In this document: in pieces, positions 62,144 to 64,000 of the stretch
How the letters are laid out: each line of letters begins with the position of its first letter
Position numbering within the stretch: the first letter of the stretch is position 1
Origin: an uncultured Alphaproteobacteria bacterium
GTDB lineage: Bacteria > Pseudomonadota > Alphaproteobacteria > Rhizobiales > Beijerinckiaceae
DNA length: 64,000 nt
Direction: 5' to 3'
Assembly (NCBI GenBank): GCA_963697785.1
Contig: OY969098.1
Coordinates: 1,107,386-1,171,385, forward strand
Program-made: the position numbers and the translations under genes
The notes under the pieces: model-generated
The model's database searches: none
Told to the model about the DNA's origin: nothing
What the model saw: the letters and a program-made list of their open reading frames with translations, nothing else

Positions 62144-62995
62144 ATGACTGCGACGATGATTTACAAGGTCCGCACTCGGACGATGTTGCAAATCTGGTGC
62201 ACACTTTTTGTGCTCACTATTGCAGTCGTGGTACTTTGTGTTCGCTACCTGGACCGGCCAATTTGCCTATTTGCTGACAGCATATTCGGTCAGTTTACTT
62301 GGATCGGCGACTTCAAGCGTACACCAAATTTTTTCGACCCGTTGGCGCTGCTGCTATTTGCGCTCTTCCTGTTACGTCGATTGGCAGGCCGACCGATAGG
62401 CAAGCTCGACATTCTTTGCGTTCTTGGCGATGCGAGTCTCCTGCTCACTCGATATACAAGTGACAAACTGAAGTACGTCTTCGCGCGTACCTATCCAAAG
62501 TACGGTTCTCCCTCCCTCATTCACGACGGGGCGTATAGCTTCAACTTTTTTCGGCCCGGACGCGATTACCTGTCGTTTCCCTCCGGGCATGCGGCTGCTC
62601 TCTGCTGCGTGCTCTCCGTTCTGTGGATCTTATATCCGCGGTTTAGGGCGCTCTATGCACTAACTGCGATTGGATTTTCTGTCGTATTAGTCGCAACAAA
62701 TTATCATTTCCTGTCAGACGTCATCGCCGGGGGATTCATAGGTGCATCGTGCGGCGTACTTACTGTTTTTACGTGGCGTCGCCTGTCTCCGAACTCGGCG
62801 TTGCAAACGTCCCCTTTCGAAAGCGTTCCGGTAGCTGAGCAGCCGGATTTATTGCAGCAAGGGAGCGCATGCTCCCAGCCTGCTGACAAGACTTCAGCTT
62901 TAGACTTCCGAGGTTCTAAGAAGAGGGAGCTGCGGCGAATAATATCGGGGCCGGCGCCGACTGATTTAGGCAAGCGAGAGCTCTTAGATGATTAG
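62144..62995 (+). CDS. PAP2-family membrane phosphatase (intact paralog of 23983-24785)
   Basis: SFPSGHAAAL and NYHFLSDVIAGGFIGA. About 80% nt identity to the first copy by eye. Confidence 0.8.
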   Translation: MTATMIYKVRTRTMLQIWCTLFVLTIAVVVLCVRYLDRPICLFADSIFGQFTWIGDFKRTPNFFDPLALLLFALFLLRRLAGRPIGKLDILCVLGDASLLLTRYTSDKLKYVFARTYPKYGSPSLIHDGAYSFNFFRPGRDYLSFPSGHAAALCCVLSVLWILYPRFRALYALTAIGFSVVLVATNYHFLSDVIAGGFIGASCGVLTVFTWRRLSPNSALQTSPFESVPVAEQPDLLQQGSACSQPADKTSALDFRGSKKRELRRIISGPAPTDLGKRELLDD

Positions 62996-63040
62996 GACAG
63001 CCGCGTCTGCCATCGGCGGCTCGCCGAGCGGACGGAAAAG

Positions 63041-63320
63041 ATGGCTGCACTGGAGACAAACCCAGTGACAATGGCGCATTTTGCAAAGAGGTTGTTATCC
63101 AGGAAAAACGGAGAGAGCGATCGATTTTGCTCGGCGTGCCACACGTTCGCTTCGAATGACGGCGAAGTCGGAGCGATTGCTTCACAGGTGTTGAGCTACG
63201 AGGTCCCAAGTTGGCATTTTTCGATCGTTCGAGATGGCGTGCGCAATGCGCTTATGACTAGGCACTGCGTCGCAACGTTCGGCCAGGAACGCGGGTACTG
63301 GAGATTGGCGCTGGATCTCA
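63041..63320 (+). pseudogene. 5' remnant of a PRMT-like methyltransferase (paralog of 24778), in-frame TAG at 63259
   Basis: ETNPVTMAHFAKRLLS..NDGEVGAIASQVLSYEVPSWHFSIVRDGVRNA parallels the first copy. GAG is replaced by TAG at 63259-63261. Similarity ends just after VLEIGAGS. Confidence 0.6.
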
Positions 63321-63686
63321 GAGCCGCACTTCGAGGTTTGGGAAGCGGCGTGAGGAAGGAGCGCGCCACGTTAAGGCCAATGGCTTTCTTGAAAGCGGCG
63401 GAAGCGCGCGGGCCGCGGCCAGACACGAAACGTACGACCGCCCATGCACAGCGGTGCGTCCCGAAGGGCAAGCGAGGGGAACGGCGCCGGAGATGGCGAA
63501 CAGAACAACCTCCAGAGCGGCCAGGAAGACAACGAAACACACACTTGGAGCCGCCGAATTTTTATGGTGCATCTATAACGGCTCCCGCCCTATCCAAACT
63601 GTTGGCGGCATCGCCTTAAAATTGGCGTGATGATCTCGAGGATGGTTTGGTTTTTAGGGAGTTCAATTGCGTACAGGGGGACTCCG

Positions 63687-63944
63687 ATGCCAGCAATACT
63701 CAGGAGAACTGCTGAGCGGGAAATCATTCGCGAATGGAATTCGCTCCCCGCGTCTAAGCGTCAGACAGAGCGTCAAGCGTCAACCTTTGCATGGAAAGTC
63801 AGGAACAAGTATCCATTCACGTATCGGGGTGACCGATATCACGCGGTTCTCGCGGCCATTTTGGAGTACCAGGTTTTAAAAGGTGCGCCGCTAGAGTGGG
63901 AGACAGCCAAAAGTCACGCCGCGGTCGCCGCCACAAATCCCTGA
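63687..63944 (+). CDS. hypothetical protein
   Basis: MPAILRRTAEREIIREWNSLPASKRQTERQASTFAWKVRNKYPFTYRGDRYHAVL.. has no recognisable motif. Confidence 0.25.
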   Translation: MPAILRRTAEREIIREWNSLPASKRQTERQASTFAWKVRNKYPFTYRGDRYHAVLAAILEYQVLKGAPLEWETAKSHAAVAATNP

Positions 63945-64000
63945 ACGGCTCCGGGCTCATTGCCGTGTGACGGACAGTGTTCGTGACGCTGGCACGTCGA

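Overview
No tools were run. All calls come from reading the sequence and the ORF track, and family names are recognised from motifs, not from searches. This is a 64-kb accessory, mosaic region of a moderately GC-rich proteobacterium. An alphaproteobacterium (Hyphomicrobiales-like) is my guess from gene content only. I found no rRNA, tRNA or CRISPR array.

Layout:
(1) 0.6-20 kb is a surface-polysaccharide locus with GT2 and GT4 glycosyltransferases, several SAM methyltransferases, an SGNH hydrolase, a Wzy-like polymerase and a NodU/CmcH carbamoyltransferase. A lower-GC block of secreted or phage-like protein fragments (11.5-14.3 kb) interrupts it.
(2) 15.1-16.0 and 20-23.6 kb hold two copies of a ydcF-integrase junction. 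One copy is decayed. The other carries an intact tyrosine integrase and an XRE regulator.
(3) 24-37.3 kb is a lasso-peptide gene cluster. It has PqqD/B1, B2 protease, an Asn-synthetase-like cyclase, an HprK-related kinase, a PF14907-type nucleotidyltransferase and an ABC exporter. It also has two 2OG/Fe(II) oxygenases and two methyltransferases. Two small paralogous precursor genes are present, and one of them is absent from the ORF track.
(4) 37.4-52.9 kb is a patchwork. It contains an intact polyprenyl-phosphate sugar transferase plus two decayed paralogs, IS remnants, an FAD oxidoreductase, an AlkB-family hydroxylase, a decayed porin and a patatin-like lipase.
(5) 53.0-59.7 kb is an intact operon matching the Campylobacter Cj1415-Cj1418 phosphoramidate (MeOPN) donor pathway. 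The two kinases are fused into one 979-aa protein. A sulfotransferase-fold gene is transcribed divergently from it.
(6) 60.3-63.3 kb holds a DUF4038/GH140-like hydrolase and a second PAP2/PRMT-like copy. That copy forms a diverged 1.15-kb direct repeat with 24.0-25.1 kb.

Most genes outside blocks (5) and (6) carry frameshifts or in-frame stops. The disruptions are unevenly distributed, which argues for real decay rather than uniform sequencing error, but resequencing is needed.
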